Shown: positions 28,396 to 39,515 of the stretch, one piece after another
Numbering within the stretch: position 1 is the first letter of the stretch
Layout of the letters: each line of letters starts with the position of its first letter
Source: Marispirochaeta sp.
Lineage (GTDB): Bacteria > Spirochaetota > Spirochaetia > JC444 > Marispirochaetaceae
Reading direction: 5' to 3'
Assembly: GCA_963676835.2 (NCBI GenBank)
Contig: CAXXFF010000001.1
Coordinates: 576,001 to 640,000 of the forward strand
Length of the DNA stretch: 64,000 bases
The notes under the pieces: generated by a model
What the model saw: the letters and a program-made list of their open reading frames with translations, nothing else
What the model was told of the DNA's origin: nothing
Databases searched by the model: none
Program-made: the position numbers and the translations under genes

Positions 28396-30105
28396 CTACT
28401 CTTCAAGCAGCCATGTGCGGATCAGCTGAGCAACATCCTCGGGATGCTCCCGGGCCATGTTGATGGCATGCTCCTGCATGTCCAGCCTGGCCCGCTCCTC
28501 CACGGACATTTCCACATCCACGCCTTCTTCCTCCGCACTCCGCAAGGCAGCCTCCCGCATAGCCTGATGCTGCCGGGAAAGTTCCTCTTCCCTGAGCCGC
28601 CTGCGCCGTTCCAGTTCCCTGCTGATAAGACGGAAAACAATCAGCGCTATGATCAGCACCGCTACGGCAATCAGAGAATAGATAATCATCTGCTGAAGCC
28701 GCTGCCGTGCCCGGAACTCTTCGTCCTCCATGGCAAACTGGGCGGTTCTGTCAAACTGCAGATGCTCCACAGAAACCGTATCACCCCTGTTGCGGTTGTA
28801 ACCGATAGCATGCTCTACCAGGGTCTGGGCTTTGGAAAGATCCTCTCCTGTTACAGCGGTATAATTCCTGACAATACTGCCGGTGGGATCAAGCTTTACA
28901 GTACCCTTGTCAGTATACTCGCGCTTCCAGAGGCCGTCTATTGCGGCTCCTATGGAGATACGGCGGATAACCCAGGGGCTTTTCTCCTCGTGGGTGGTAA
29001 CCTTATTTACCTCTTCGTTCTGGGTTACCGAATTATTGCGGTATTCGCCGAAAAGGGAATCTGCATCCTTATAGGAAGGAGGAACCTGCCCTTCCACACC
29101 GGGAGGGCCTTCCGGATTAAACCCGGTGCCTTTCCAGTACTCATCGATAACTTCTTTTGATCTGGTTATGGACGGCTCAACCACCAGCTCGGAATACGGA
29201 GTTGCAGGATTATCGGGTACCATGGTAATGGGAAAATACTCATCAGTATCGACAACCTTTTTGCCCATATCAAGGTCGATATCAACCTTGAGGACCCGAA
29301 CCCGGTCTGCACCGAATATCTGCATCAGTGCTTTCTGGATCTCATTGCGGTACTGGTTCTCAAGCTTCTCTTTCTGATCAAGCTGCCGTTTGGTAAGTTC
29401 AAGCCGGTCGAAGTCTGCGAGATCCTCAAAATCATTGAGAACATTCATGCTCTGGTCGGTTATGACAATATTATCTTCCGTAAGGCCCTCAACGGCAAAA
29501 CGGACAAGCTTGACAATTCCTTCAATCTTGGCCCTGTTGGTTGAGATATCCGAACCCGGGGTCGGAGTAACGATAACCGATGCGGTAACCGGCTGCTGCT
29601 CTTCCGAGAAGAGTTCCTTCTCGGGCATTACCAGAGTAACCTTGGCATCATCAACATCCTGAAGAGCTTCAATATGCTGCTCGAGACTGCGGGTTATGGC
29701 CTGCCGGAGATTAACATTCCGTTCAAAGTCGGTAATGGTCCAGCGGTCCAGCTTGAAGACATCCCAGGGAGAAACATCCTGGGGAATAAGGTCTTCACGC
29801 ATAAGAACTGCGACCATTCGCTGTGCGGTGATTTTATCTTTTACAAAAATTCTTCCGTCGTCTGTTACGGTGTGTTCTACTTTTTCTTCGTCGAGACGAT
29901 AAGAAATTTCAGACAACTTTTCCTGATCGGTAATAGGCGTGGTCAGAAGCGCAACCATACTGGGACGGGAACTGAAACCAATCAGCCCGACCAGCGCAGC
30001 GGCAACAACAACGACTATGGCTATCCCGATGATCTTCTGAACAAGAGACCATTTGGACCAGCCGCCCTTTACCTGTGCCAGGAACTTTTTCAACCATTCG
30101 TTCAT
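28396..30105 (-). CDS. fliF: MS-ring protein FliF
   Basis: Two TM helices, ASVIV, AVEGL..NIVITD, C-terminal PEDVAQLIRTWL. Confidence 0.95.
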   Translation of the reverse strand: MNEWLKKFLAQVKGGWSKWSLVQKIIGIAIVVVVAAALVGLIGFSSRPSMVALLTTPITDQEKLSEISYRLDEEKVEHTVTDDGRIFVKDKITAQRMVAVLMREDLIPQDVSPWDVFKLDRWTITDFERNVNLRQAITRSLEQHIEALQDVDDAKVTLVMPEKELFSEEQQPVTASVIVTPTPGSDISTNRAKIEGIVKLVRFAVEGLTEDNIVITDQSMNVLNDFEDLADFDRLELTKRQLDQKEKLENQYRNEIQKALMQIFGADRVRVLKVDIDLDMGKKVVDTDEYFPITMVPDNPATPYSELVVEPSITRSKEVIDEYWKGTGFNPEGPPGVEGQVPPSYKDADSLFGEYRNNSVTQNEEVNKVTTHEEKSPWVIRRISIGAAIDGLWKREYTDKGTVKLDPTGSIVRNYTAVTGEDLSKAQTLVEHAIGYNRNRGDTVSVEHLQFDRTAQFAMEDEEFRARQRLQQMIIYSLIAVAVLIIALIVFRLISRELERRRRLREEELSRQHQAMREAALRSAEEEGVDVEMSVEERARLDMQEHAINMAREHPEDVAQLIRTWLLEE

Positions 30106-30187
30106 CTCCCCTCCCAAGGCACTAATGGTTAATTAGCTCCGTAGTTTACCTACCGGATATTATTTTACAGCATAAACAGATACTTGA

Positions 30188-30520
30188 CTACCTTAAGCTG
30201 ATAATCTCCTTGTAGGCTTTTATAGCCCCGTCTACGACGGATTTTGTCATGGAAACTGCCATATTGGCCTTTGCCATGGCGATGGTTACATCGTGAGAAT
30301 CGACACTGTCCGGATCAATGAGCATCTGCTGGGTCAGACTTGTGCTCTCCTGCTGCAGGCTGTTGGCACCGTTGAGGGCCTTCAGCATGGCATTGGCAAA
30401 GCCTGTTTCCGAAGGATCCTCCGGCTGATTCCGTTCAAGATTACCGGTGAGATGCTTTGTATTGGTGAGATTCAGGCCTATTTTATGTCCCGTCACCTGA
30501 TTTACACTGAAAATATCCAT
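30188..30520 (-). CDS. fliE: FliE
   Basis: HDVTIAMAKA...AYKEII. Confidence 0.93.
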   Translation of the reverse strand: MDIFSVNQVTGHKIGLNLTNTKHLTGNLERNQPEDPSETGFANAMLKALNGANSLQQESTSLTQQMLIDPDSVDSHDVTIAMAKANMAVSMTKSVVDGAIKAYKEIISLR

Positions 30521-30567
30521 AACCTACCTACCTTATGATTACCTGTGTTAATAAACTCTTTATCTTC

Positions 30568-31026
30568 TTATCTTCCGATATCCAGAGACCGCATAAACAT
30601 TGTCTTGGATCCGTTTACCAGAGCGATATTTGCCTCGTATGAACGGGAAGCAGAGATCATATCCACCATCTCTTCCACGATATTCACATTCGGCATCTCC
30701 ACATAGCCCGCCTTTGGTCCCGACTGGATTGCATCGGGGTGGGTCGGATCGTAAACAAGCCGGGTCTTTGCATCGGTATCCTTGGAAATCTCGGCTACCC
30801 GCACTCCGGAACCGATTCCGTTATCAAGCTTCTTGGGCAGAAAGGGAATCTTAAAGTAGGGTTCTTCCACCCGGGGCTTGAAAATCACCCGGCTCCTGCG
30901 GTAAGGACCGCCCTTGGGGGTCCGGGTTGTATCTGCATTGGCGATATTATTGGAAATTACATCAAGCCGGAGGCGCTGGGCGCTCATTCCCGATGCGGCT
31001 GTTCCTATTGCGGTAAACATTCCCAT
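30568..31026 (-). CDS. flgC: Proximal rod protein FlgC
   Basis: NNIANADTTR, YDPTHPDA, PNVNIVEEMVDMISASRSYEAN. Confidence 0.97.
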   Translation of the reverse strand: MGMFTAIGTAASGMSAQRLRLDVISNNIANADTTRTPKGGPYRRSRVIFKPRVEEPYFKIPFLPKKLDNGIGSGVRVAEISKDTDAKTRLVYDPTHPDAIQSGPKAGYVEMPNVNIVEEMVDMISASRSYEANIALVNGSKTMFMRSLDIGR

Positions 31027-31037
31027 CTATATTCTCC

Positions 31038-31457
31038 CTACCTTAATACCGTATTTACCTGGGAAAACTGATTCGCCAGGGAGCGGGTCATAATTTCGTA
31101 GCGAAGCTGGTTATTAAGCTCTGCCATCATCTCTTCTTCAATATCCACATTGTTGCCGTTATTATCACTGGCGGTAAGATAATCCAGCACCTTCTTCGGC
31201 TTCACTGTCTGATAGTCAACACTCCGGTCGAAGGGAATGTGCTTGCTGTCGGTCAGGGCCGCCTGCAGTCTGCCGGTGGGCTGCTCTGAATCTATAGCCC
31301 TTTTCAGTTCAGCCTCAAAATTGAGGGTACTGCGCTTAAAATTGGGGGTATCCGCATTCGCGATATTGTTTGCGATTATGCTGCGCCTTAAAACTGCCAC
31401 ATCCATATTGCGGTGCAGCAAATCAAGGGTTCTGCCAAAACTGTTGCCTTCAAACAT
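31038..31457 (-). CDS. flgB: Proximal rod protein FlgB
   Basis: IANNIANADTPNFKR, NGNNVDIEEEM. Confidence 0.97.
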   Translation of the reverse strand: MFEGNSFGRTLDLLHRNMDVAVLRRSIIANNIANADTPNFKRSTLNFEAELKRAIDSEQPTGRLQAALTDSKHIPFDRSVDYQTVKPKKVLDYLTASDNNGNNVDIEEEMMAELNNQLRYEIMTRSLANQFSQVNTVLR

Positions 31458-31490
31458 ATCTACAACCTCACCGATTCCTTCTTCTTCCTA

Positions 31491-31518
31491 TTTTCGGCAT
31501 CTTCAGCACCGGACCTTA
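31491..31518 (-). promoter_or_regulatory. Putative sigma-28 promoter of flgB
   Basis: Minus strand TAAG-N16-GCCGAAAA, 33 nt upstream of the flgB ATG; the -35 element overlaps the hslU stop codon. Confidence 0.65.
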
Positions 31519-32892
31519 CAGGATATACTGGCTTAAATCCTTATCTTCCAGTACATCACCGAGACGTTCATTCACATAATCAGGAGTAATTTTTATGGTC
31601 TGCCCCTGTATTTCCGGTGCAGTAAAGGAGACTTCCTCAAGCAGAAGCTCCATAACCGTATGAAGCCTTCTGGCTCCGATATTCTCACTTGTGGAGTTAA
31701 CCTGTGCAGCTATTTCCGAGATCCGTTTTACCGCTTCGGGGGTAAAATCGAGGGTAACATCCTCAGTCCCGATGAGCGCCATATACTGGGTAATCAGGGC
31801 ATTCTGAGGCTTGGTAAGTATCCGTTCAAAATCTTCCGCATCAAGATCCTTCAGCTCTACCCGCAGAGGAAATCGTCCCTGCAGTTCGGGAATCAGGTCG
31901 GAGGGCTTGGACACATGAAAAGCCCCGGCCGCGATAAACAGGATATGGCTGGTATCTACCATGCCGTGCTTGGTATTAATGGTGGAGCCCTCAACGATGG
32001 GAAGAATATCCCGCTGAACGCCCTCACGGCTCACATCGGCACCGCCGCGGCTCTCCTTGCCTGCAACCTTGTCTATCTCATCGATAAAGATGATACCCAT
32101 CTCCTCCACCCGTTCCTTGGCAATCTCCGCAACCCGGTCGGAATCGATCAGCTTGTCCAGCTCTTCAGCCATGAGAATCTCCCGGGCCCGTTTCACCGTA
32201 ACCCGTTTACGTTTCTTGCCGCCGCCGAAGATATTGGGAAGATTGCCCATATTCCCCAGATTGAGATCCATTTCTTCCATATTGTTTCCGGCAAATACCT
32301 CTATTGTAGGAAATCCGCCTCCGGATACCTGAACCTCAACACTCTTTTCCTCAAGCTTTCCGTCTCTCAGCATCTGCCGGAACTTCTCCCGGGTTGTGCC
32401 GGCAGAGGTATCTTCACCAGTCGGGGCCGGAAGAGCCTCCCCCTGGACAGGTGCAGGCTGTGGTTTTTTAATCCCCGGAAGCAGCAGATCAAGGACCGCC
32501 TCCTCTGTACGGCGTTCAGCTTCTTCCCGCACACCTTCCTGCAGTTCATCCTTGACCATGGCCATGGCAACACTCATCAGGTCCCGGACCATGGATTCGA
32601 CATCCCGGCCCACATAGCCGACTTCGGTATACTTGGTGGCTTCAACCTTGATAAAGGGCGCTCCGCAAAGTTTGGACAGACGCCGGGCAATCTCGGTTTT
32701 TCCTACTCCCGTGGGTCCGATCATAATTATATTTTTGGGAGCTATCTCATCCCGCAGTTCCTTGGCAAGCTTTTTCCGCCGCAGACGGTTCCTAAGCGCA
32801 ATAGCAACGGCTTTCTTGGCATTATCCTGGCCGATTATATAGCTGTCCAGCTCGGCAACAATCTGCCGGGGAGTCATTTCATCAATATTCAC
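31516..32892 (-). CDS. hslU: HslU ATPase
   Basis: [45 protein letters not shown]. Confidence 0.97.
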   Translation of the reverse strand: MNIDEMTPRQIVAELDSYIIGQDNAKKAVAIALRNRLRRKKLAKELRDEIAPKNIIMIGPTGVGKTEIARRLSKLCGAPFIKVEATKYTEVGYVGRDVESMVRDLMSVAMAMVKDELQEGVREEAERRTEEAVLDLLLPGIKKPQPAPVQGEALPAPTGEDTSAGTTREKFRQMLRDGKLEEKSVEVQVSGGGFPTIEVFAGNNMEEMDLNLGNMGNLPNIFGGGKKRKRVTVKRAREILMAEELDKLIDSDRVAEIAKERVEEMGIIFIDEIDKVAGKESRGGADVSREGVQRDILPIVEGSTINTKHGMVDTSHILFIAAGAFHVSKPSDLIPELQGRFPLRVELKDLDAEDFERILTKPQNALITQYMALIGTEDVTLDFTPEAVKRISEIAAQVNSTSENIGARRLHTVMELLLEEVSFTAPEIQGQTIKITPDYVNERLGDVLEDKDLSQYIL

Positions 32893-33428
32893 GGGAGTTC
32901 CTCACTTACAATACGGTCGTTGGTGTAGATACAGATGCCGCCGGCAATCCCCAGCGAGCGGGTTGCTATTTCCAGAGCAGAGAGCTCCGTACCGCTGTCG
33001 AGATAGGCCAGGGCAGCAGCATAGGCGTAACTGCCGCCGGAACCGATGGCTATTGCACCCTCTTCGGGTTCAATTACATCTCCGGTACCGGAAATAAGCA
33101 GAATCTTGTCACGGTCTGCCACCAGGAGCATAGCTTCCAGCCGGCGAAGCATACGGTCGGTCCGCCAGTCCTTGGCAAGCTCTACTGCAGCCCGGGTAAT
33201 ATCTCCCTTATACTCCCGCACTCTGCCTTCAAAACGTTCAAACAGGGTAAATGCATCGGCGGTTGCACCGGCAAATCCAACCAGAATCTTTCCGTCGTAA
33301 ATAGTACGAACCTTCCGGGCATTTCCCTTCATAACCGTATTACCCAGGGTTACCTGACCGTCTCCGGCCATGGCTGTTTTTCCATCCTTGCGTACCGCAA
33401 GGATCGTAGTTGCCTTCATTTCAGTCAT
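32889..33428 (-). CDS. hslV: HslV protease subunit
   Basis: [31 protein letters not shown]. Confidence 0.96.
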   Translation of the reverse strand: MTEMKATTILAVRKDGKTAMAGDGQVTLGNTVMKGNARKVRTIYDGKILVGFAGATADAFTLFERFEGRVREYKGDITRAAVELAKDWRTDRMLRRLEAMLLVADRDKILLISGTGDVIEPEEGAIAIGSGGSYAYAAALAYLDSGTELSALEIATRSLGIAGGICIYTNDRIVSEELP

Positions 33429-34377
33429 CTTTTCCTGCATCCTTTTTATCAGGCCCCGCCGAACTTCCATGTGGATGAGCACCGGCATGAACCTTTCTCA
33501 GGCGGTCGAGTTCAGCATGGGTATACACCTGGGTCGCCCGCAGAGAGGAATGTCCCAGAAGCTCCTGCACTGAACGAATACCGGCCCCGCCTTCCACCAG
33601 GTGGGTTGCGAAACTGTGCCGCAGCGTGTGGGGAGACACTTTTCTTGCCACCCCCGCCCCGGCTGCAGCGGCCTTGACTATATTTCGTATTGAGCGGTCA
33701 CTTAAAGCCCCGCCCTGTTTATTTACAAACAGACTCTTTTCCACATTTAGCTTACCCAGCCCCGAAAGCACAGCTTTCCGCAGGCCCATATAATCCCGCA
33801 CAGACTGCCGGGCAGGTTCGCCAAGATAGACAAAACGCTCTTTTGCCCCTTTTCCCATAACCCGGATTCTGCCTGCCCGCAGATCGATATCATCGAGGCG
33901 AATCCCCGAGGCTTCGCTTACTCTGCAGCCGGTGGAATAGAGCAGTTCGAGAATCAGCTGATTACGCCTGGAACTGAAATCAGTCCCGGACAGATCCAGC
34001 ATCGCCTCAAGCTCTTCCGTACGAAGGAAAGAGGGAATTCTCCGGCCTTCCTTGAGGTTCTCGATCTCTTCAAAGGGGTCAGCCGTTACCAGCTCTCTTT
34101 TACGCAGATAACGGAAAAAGCCCCTTACCGCCGCAAGATTGCGGTTTACACTGCGCTTGTCCAGCCCTTTTCTATTCAGACTGGAAACAAATGCCCTGGC
34201 AGCCCGCCGATCCGGCGGAAAATCCAGTTCTTCGCTTTTTATAAAATCAGTAAAAACCTTGAGATCCCGGGTGTAGGCTGCAACGGTATGCAGTGAAAGC
34301 CTGCGGACCGCCATAAGGTAATCGGTATAATCCCGGGACAGCAGCTCCAGATTATCGCCTTTTGGAACTGTTTTCAT
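33421..34377 (-). CDS. xerC: Tyrosine recombinase XerC
   Basis: [36 protein letters not shown]; upstream of hslV. Confidence 0.85.
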   Translation of the reverse strand: MKTVPKGDNLELLSRDYTDYLMAVRRLSLHTVAAYTRDLKVFTDFIKSEELDFPPDRRAARAFVSSLNRKGLDKRSVNRNLAAVRGFFRYLRKRELVTADPFEEIENLKEGRRIPSFLRTEELEAMLDLSGTDFSSRRNQLILELLYSTGCRVSEASGIRLDDIDLRAGRIRVMGKGAKERFVYLGEPARQSVRDYMGLRKAVLSGLGKLNVEKSLFVNKQGGALSDRSIRNIVKAAAAGAGVARKVSPHTLRHSFATHLVEGGAGIRSVQELLGHSSLRATQVYTHAELDRLRKVHAGAHPHGSSAGPDKKDAGKDD

Positions 34378-35288
34378 ACTGCAGCCGCCCCATACTGAAC
34401 AGCCGGGCCATCCCAGACACAGGACCAGTCCCGAAGAAGCTCTTCTCCGCTGGAAACAGCCCGGGCTCCATCGGCAGCAAGCCTGCGGCAGCCTTCATTC
34501 GTATCCCCGCTGCAGCCTGAATACGATTGCAGACAATCCCGGTGCACCAGCACCTCCCGCCCCTGATCCAGGGCATAATCAGCAGTTATAAGGGCCCCGG
34601 ACCGGGAAGGTGCCTGGACGACAACCACCGACCGGCTCATACCGCTGATAATCCTGTTCCGCATGGGAAAACTGAACCGCGTCGCCGGGCTGAAAACCGG
34701 ATATTCACTTACAAGGGCCCCTCCGGCACGGATCAGCTCTTCCGCAGTGGAACGGCTTGAAGCAGGGCCTGCATGAGCCAGACCGGAACCGAGAACAGCG
34801 ACACCCGCCGCACCACCGGCAGTATTGCCCCGGTGAGCCTGACAGTCGATACCCCGGGCAAGTCCGGATACAACCGGTATATCAAGCCTGCCGAGACTTT
34901 CGCCAAGGCCATATGCAGCCGCCGCGCCCTGCCTGTCCGGTCTGCGGGTGCCGACCATCCCGACCATTGAAGTGGAATCAATAAGATTCCCCCGGTAATA
35001 GAGAGCGAAAGGAGGATCATATATTTCGCGCAGAAGTCCGGGGTATCCGGATTCCGGAAAAGCGACAATTCCACCATTGTGCCGCGCAAGCCAGGCGACC
35101 TCTTTCTTAACATCATCACAGAGGGTCGCCAGATCGGCGGATGAGAGGTAAGGCCTGCCAAGAAGGTCGTCCAGAAAGCCGGAAGAGGTGAAAATTTCAG
35201 AACCGTCTGCACTGCTGATTTCAAACAGCAGACAGCGTTCGGAAAAACAGAGCCCCGGCAAACGGTGAATAAAGGCGGTTTTTACCAT
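34374..35288 (-). CDS. dprA: DNA processing protein DprA (Smf)
   Basis: YP..LREIYDPP, VGTR, VSGLARGID, FPMRNRIISG, SGALITA. Confidence 0.94.
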   Translation of the reverse strand: MVKTAFIHRLPGLCFSERCLLFEISSADGSEIFTSSGFLDDLLGRPYLSSADLATLCDDVKKEVAWLARHNGGIVAFPESGYPGLLREIYDPPFALYYRGNLIDSTSMVGMVGTRRPDRQGAAAAYGLGESLGRLDIPVVSGLARGIDCQAHRGNTAGGAAGVAVLGSGLAHAGPASSRSTAEELIRAGGALVSEYPVFSPATRFSFPMRNRIISGMSRSVVVVQAPSRSGALITADYALDQGREVLVHRDCLQSYSGCSGDTNEGCRRLAADGARAVSSGEELLRDWSCVWDGPAVQYGAAAV

Positions 35289-35992
35289 CAAACACCGCTT
35301 CCTATCTGCTGTAGAATATCCCTGGCGGAATCCGCCGCAGACGACTCCGGAGCTATCTCAATAATGGATTCATAGGCCTTCCTGGCCTCATCAAGGGCCC
35401 CGAGAGAGGCATATGCCCTGCCGAGAAGAAAGCGTGCATCCGTATTCTCTTCATCCATGGATACAAGGTTTTCAAGCAGGGGGACGGCACGGTCCGGGGT
35501 TGAAAGTTCAAAAACATAGAGCACTGAAAGACCATAAAGGGCATCCCGATAGGCAGGTTTAATTGTTAGAGCCTGCCGATAAAAGTGCTCCGCATCAAGC
35601 ATGGCGGCATTCCTGTCAGCGGCAGTCTCCAGTGTTTTTGAGAGCTTTGCGATACAGATTGCCTGATAGTAGTAAAGAACATGGTTTTCGGGGTAGATAC
35701 GGATGGCTTTCTGCAGATAATCCGATGCCGGACCGAACATCCCGGCATCAAAGAAATTCACCGCCAGCATGCGGTAATAGGTGCCGAGCTTACGGGTCTC
35801 CGAGGCGAGCTGCTCAACACTATCTTCCAGCTCTTTTATATCCTTCTCAAGGGCATCGATTTCAGCCTCGGTCATGGAGGTTGTATCCCCCGACTCCAGA
35901 GCCTTCACCCGCCCGAGATATTCCGACCGCTGAGGGGAACAGGAGGAGAAAAACAGCAGCACTGCCAGAACCGTGAGAGTTGACTTCAGCAT
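35288..35992 (-). CDS. TPR-repeat lipoprotein
   Basis: Lipobox LLFFSSC, coiled coil, TPR-like repeats; AAGGAGG RBS. Confidence 0.85.
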   Translation of the reverse strand: MLKSTLTVLAVLLFFSSCSPQRSEYLGRVKALESGDTTSMTEAEIDALEKDIKELEDSVEQLASETRKLGTYYRMLAVNFFDAGMFGPASDYLQKAIRIYPENHVLYYYQAICIAKLSKTLETAADRNAAMLDAEHFYRQALTIKPAYRDALYGLSVLYVFELSTPDRAVPLLENLVSMDEENTDARFLLGRAYASLGALDEARKAYESIIEIAPESSAADSARDILQQIGSGV

Positions 35993-36097
35993 GGTTAATC
36001 CTCCTTTTCTCCGACAAAATAAGGTCCATGGACCAGACAAGGCTCGTATACTGTATAAAACCCCGCTCATGCTCTTCTGCTTCATGACAGGAAGACC

Positions 36098-36988
36098 TTA
36101 TCCCCTGGGATGGCAGCGCGCATGGGTATTCTTCAGCCCTTCATCGGCAATATGGGTGTAAATCTGGGTAGTTGTTATGTCCCGATGGCCGAGAAGTTCC
36201 TGCACAGAGCGGAGATCCGCTCCTCCCTGCAGAAGATGTGTTGCAAATGAATGCCGCAGGGTGTGGATCTTACCCTTTATGCCGGCAGCAGCTGCAATTT
36301 CCGTAAACCTTTTCCACATACCCTTACGGCTTAAAGGACCGCCGCGGTGATTGAGAAACACCTCATTTCTTGGCCGGCCCGGATTCAGCAGAACCTGCCT
36401 TGCATGCTGGATATAGGCTAATAGCCAGTCTCTGGCCACTTCGCCCATGGGGACAAACCTCTCGGCATCCCCTTTGCCGATTATTCTTAAAACAAGATCA
36501 TCCGGGTAAAACCGTTCAAGGGTAAGTCCACAGGCCTCAGATACCCGGAGCCCGCAGGAATAAATAAGCTCAAAAAGGGCGCGATCCCGCAATCCCAGGG
36601 GTGCGGATGTATCAATAGCGGAGAGGAAGGTCTCCACATCTTCCACATCCATTACCTGGGGAATTTTTCGGGCTGTTTTGGGACGGTCCAGAAGCAGAGC
36701 CGGATTATCGACACGAAGATCTTCAAGAACCAGATAGCGGAAAAACGACCGCAGAGCGCTTATACCCCGGGCAGCGGTCCGGGGATCAGGGAGGAGACCC
36801 CCGGGCGTTCGCTGACCGAGAAGCCAGTATGAAATATCCGCATCATCCATAACAAGCGGATCAACCCCGGACTCTTCAAGATCAGACAGAAACCTGCGCA
36901 CAACACCGCTGTAGGTTTCCACCGTCGCAGGGCTGTACCTTCGTTCAAGAGATAGATAATCCCGGTAATCCGCCAGAAGGTCAGGCAT
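36098..36988 (-). CDS. xerD: Tyrosine recombinase XerD
   Basis: [54 protein letters not shown]. Confidence 0.88.
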   Translation of the reverse strand: MPDLLADYRDYLSLERRYSPATVETYSGVVRRFLSDLEESGVDPLVMDDADISYWLLGQRTPGGLLPDPRTAARGISALRSFFRYLVLEDLRVDNPALLLDRPKTARKIPQVMDVEDVETFLSAIDTSAPLGLRDRALFELIYSCGLRVSEACGLTLERFYPDDLVLRIIGKGDAERFVPMGEVARDWLLAYIQHARQVLLNPGRPRNEVFLNHRGGPLSRKGMWKRFTEIAAAAGIKGKIHTLRHSFATHLLQGGADLRSVQELLGHRDITTTQIYTHIADEGLKNTHARCHPRG

Positions 36989-38154
36989 TATTCTCCCTGA
37001 CCGGCTATTTTACGATCCCGCAGTATGGTTGGTATTCCCAGATCATTATCCTGGTTGTTACGCCCGGAAAGGAAGAGACTGGGGGTTCCGCCCTGAGAAA
37101 GGCCCTTACCCCGCATATCGATCCAGTCTTTGTACTTGATGATATCGTCTTCCTGCTCTTCAGCCTGAGGCTCTACACCGGCAGATGAGGCTTCAGAATT
37201 AAAGCCCGTGGCAACAACGGTTACCCGGATTTCATCTTCAAGAGAAGGATCAAATACACTGCCGGGAATAACCAGGGCGTCATCATCCGCATTGGCGGTA
37301 ATAATCTGAACAACCTCTTCGTATTCGGTTAGAGAAAGATCTTCTCCTCCGGTGATATTAACCAGAATACCCTTGGCACCCTCAATTCGGGCATCTTCGA
37401 GAAGTGGATTATTGATTGCATTTGTGGCAGCATCTACCGCCCGGTTTTCACCACGGCCGACACCGATACCCATAAGAGCATCTCCCCTGCCTTTCATGAC
37501 GGTTTTAACGTCGGCAAAGTCGATATTTATCTCCCCGGGAATAGTAATTAGCTCGGATATCCCCTGAACACCCTGACGGAGCACGTCATCGGCCAGGAGA
37601 AAAGCCTCTTTAATGGGGGTACGTTTTTCAACAATTTTCAGCAGATACTGGTTAGGTATGATTATAAGGGTGTCCACAGCCTCACGGAGTTTTTCAATCC
37701 CCTCTTCGGCCAGGGCCTTCTTCTTTCTTCCTTCAAAATCGAAGGGCTTGGTTACCACCGCAACGGAAAGTATGCCCAACTCACGGGCGATTCTGGCCAC
37801 AACGGGTGCAGCTCCGGTTCCGGTCCCGCCGCCCATACCGGCGGTAATAAAAACCATGTCGGCTCCGGAAAGAGCTTCCTTGATCTTGTCCGCATCTTCA
37901 AGCGCAGCTTTTTCCCCAACCTCGGGTACGCCTCCGGCGCCCAGTCCGGATGTGAGTTCAGTTCCAAGTGAAATCTTTATTTCTGCTTCCGACCGCTGCA
38001 GGGCCTGCAGATCAGAATTGGCAGCAATAAACTGCACCTTCTGCAGACTGGATGCGATCATCCGATTGACGGCGTTACTTCCGCCTCCGCCTACACCGAT
38101 AACCTTGATCATTGTCGGATCGGCGCTGTGTTCCTCAATAACTTCAATATGCAT
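36988..38154 (-). CDS. ftsZ: Cell division protein FtsZ
   Basis: [27 protein letters not shown]-terminal IPTILR. Confidence 0.98.
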   Translation of the reverse strand: MHIEVIEEHSADPTMIKVIGVGGGGSNAVNRMIASSLQKVQFIAANSDLQALQRSEAEIKISLGTELTSGLGAGGVPEVGEKAALEDADKIKEALSGADMVFITAGMGGGTGTGAAPVVARIARELGILSVAVVTKPFDFEGRKKKALAEEGIEKLREAVDTLIIIPNQYLLKIVEKRTPIKEAFLLADDVLRQGVQGISELITIPGEINIDFADVKTVMKGRGDALMGIGVGRGENRAVDAATNAINNPLLEDARIEGAKGILVNITGGEDLSLTEYEEVVQIITANADDDALVIPGSVFDPSLEDEIRVTVVATGFNSEASSAGVEPQAEEQEDDIIKYKDWIDMRGKGLSQGGTPSLFLSGRNNQDNDLGIPTILRDRKIAGQGE

Positions 38155-38285
38155 AACCCCTCCCTGTTAAGCATGCTTTTTCTATGAACTCCCGTTAAAC
38201 AGAGATGAACAGTGGACCCTACCAAAAATCCGCAGTTCTACCGCTTAAAGGAACTTTTTCCCATTACAGGTTTCAACAGAATACG

Positions 38286-39515
38286 CTAAAAAAATTCTTT
38301 CATCCACCCCTTTAATTTATCAATGAGGCCGTCTCCGCGCTTTCTTGCGGAAGAATTTTCCTGGCCAACGGCGCCTTCACTCCCATGAAGGACCAGACCC
38401 ATGGCAGTAGAATACATCGGGTTCTGATATTCATCAACAAGTCCGCGTAATTTATTTGGTATTCCTATCCTCGCCGGGATACCGAATACCTCCAGGGCCA
38501 GCTCCGCAGCTCCGGGAAGAAGAGAACCACCGCCGGTAAGAACTACACCGCCTCCCAGATGGCGAAGGTAATCCTTTTTATCAAGCTGATCTTTAACCAG
38601 CTTGAAAATCTCAGCCATCCGCGGCTGAATAATCTTTGCAAGCTCCTGTCTGGGAATAGAGGCTGAAGGCCAGCCGCCCACACCGGGGATAACCACCTGC
38701 TCATCAGCTTCAACCAGCGACATGTAGCAGCAGCCGGACTCTTTCTTTATCCGCTCCGCCACATCAAGAGGGGTTTTAAGTATTATGGAAATATCATTGG
38801 TAACCTGGCTTCCGCCAAGGGCCACAACATCAGTATGATAGGGGGCTCCGTCCAGATGTACCAGAACATCAGTTGTTCCGCCGCCGAGATCGATAAGCAG
38901 AACACCCAGTTCCTTTTCATCTTCTGTAAGCACCGCCTTGGAAGACGCGAGGGATTCAAGAACAATTTCGGACACCCTGAATCCAGCCCTGTTTACACAC
39001 TTAAGCAGGTTCTGCGCCGATGTCACCGAACCGGTAACTATATGCACTTCCGCCTCAAGACGAATGCCGATCATATCCAGAGGATCCCTGATTCCACGCT
39101 GATCATCAACAATGAATTCCTGGGGGATCACATGCAGCACTTCACGGTCCATGGGAATTACCACCGCTTTGGCAGCTTCAATAACCCTGGCAACATCCTC
39201 CCGGGAAATCTCCCGATCCTTGCCGGATACAGCTACAACGCCACGGCTGTTGATACCCTCAATATGCGCACCGGCAATACCGGTTATAACCGATTCAACC
39301 TCCCGGCCGGACATCAGCTCTGCAGCCTCGATGGCAGCCGCAACAGACTTAAGGGTGGATTCTATATTAATCACAACCCCACGGCGCAGTCCCTGAGAAG
39401 GAGCTGTGCCCACACCGATTACTTCAGGTATACCGTTAACCCCGATTTCCGCTATGCAGGCACAAATTTTTGTTGTTCCAATATCCAGTCCAACGATCAA
39501 ATCATCGTTCGGCAC
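38286..39515 (-). CDS. ftsA: Cell division protein FtsA
   Basis: GLDIGTTK, IDLGGGTTD, VLTGGGS; GTG start with RBS. Confidence 0.96.
   Translation of the reverse strand: MPNDDLIVGLDIGTTKICACIAEIGVNGIPEVIGVGTAPSQGLRRGVVINIESTLKSVAAAIEAAELMSGREVESVITGIAGAHIEGINSRGVVAVSGKDREISREDVARVIEAAKAVVIPMDREVLHVIPQEFIVDDQRGIRDPLDMIGIRLEAEVHIVTGSVTSAQNLLKCVNRAGFRVSEIVLESLASSKAVLTEDEKELGVLLIDLGGGTTDVLVHLDGAPYHTDVVALGGSQVTNDISIILKTPLDVAERIKKESGCCYMSLVEADEQVVIPGVGGWPSASIPRQELAKIIQPRMAEIFKLVKDQLDKKDYLRHLGGGVVLTGGGSLLPGAAELALEVFGIPARIGIPNKLRGLVDEYQNPMYSTAMGLVLHGSEGAVGQENSSARKRGDGLIDKLKGWMKEFF

Noticed and set aside
27288..29160. Long plus-strand ORFs (391 and 343 aa)
   Set aside because: Antisense to fliG and fliF with no protein motifs; explained by codon bias.
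31660..32928. 422-aa plus-strand ORF
   Set aside because: Antisense shadow of hslU.
33421..36988. Two tyrosine recombinases as a prophage, integron or invertible element
   Set aside because: They are housekeeping XerD and XerC in the conserved ftsZ-hslVU context; no att sites, cargo or flanking inverted repeats were seen.
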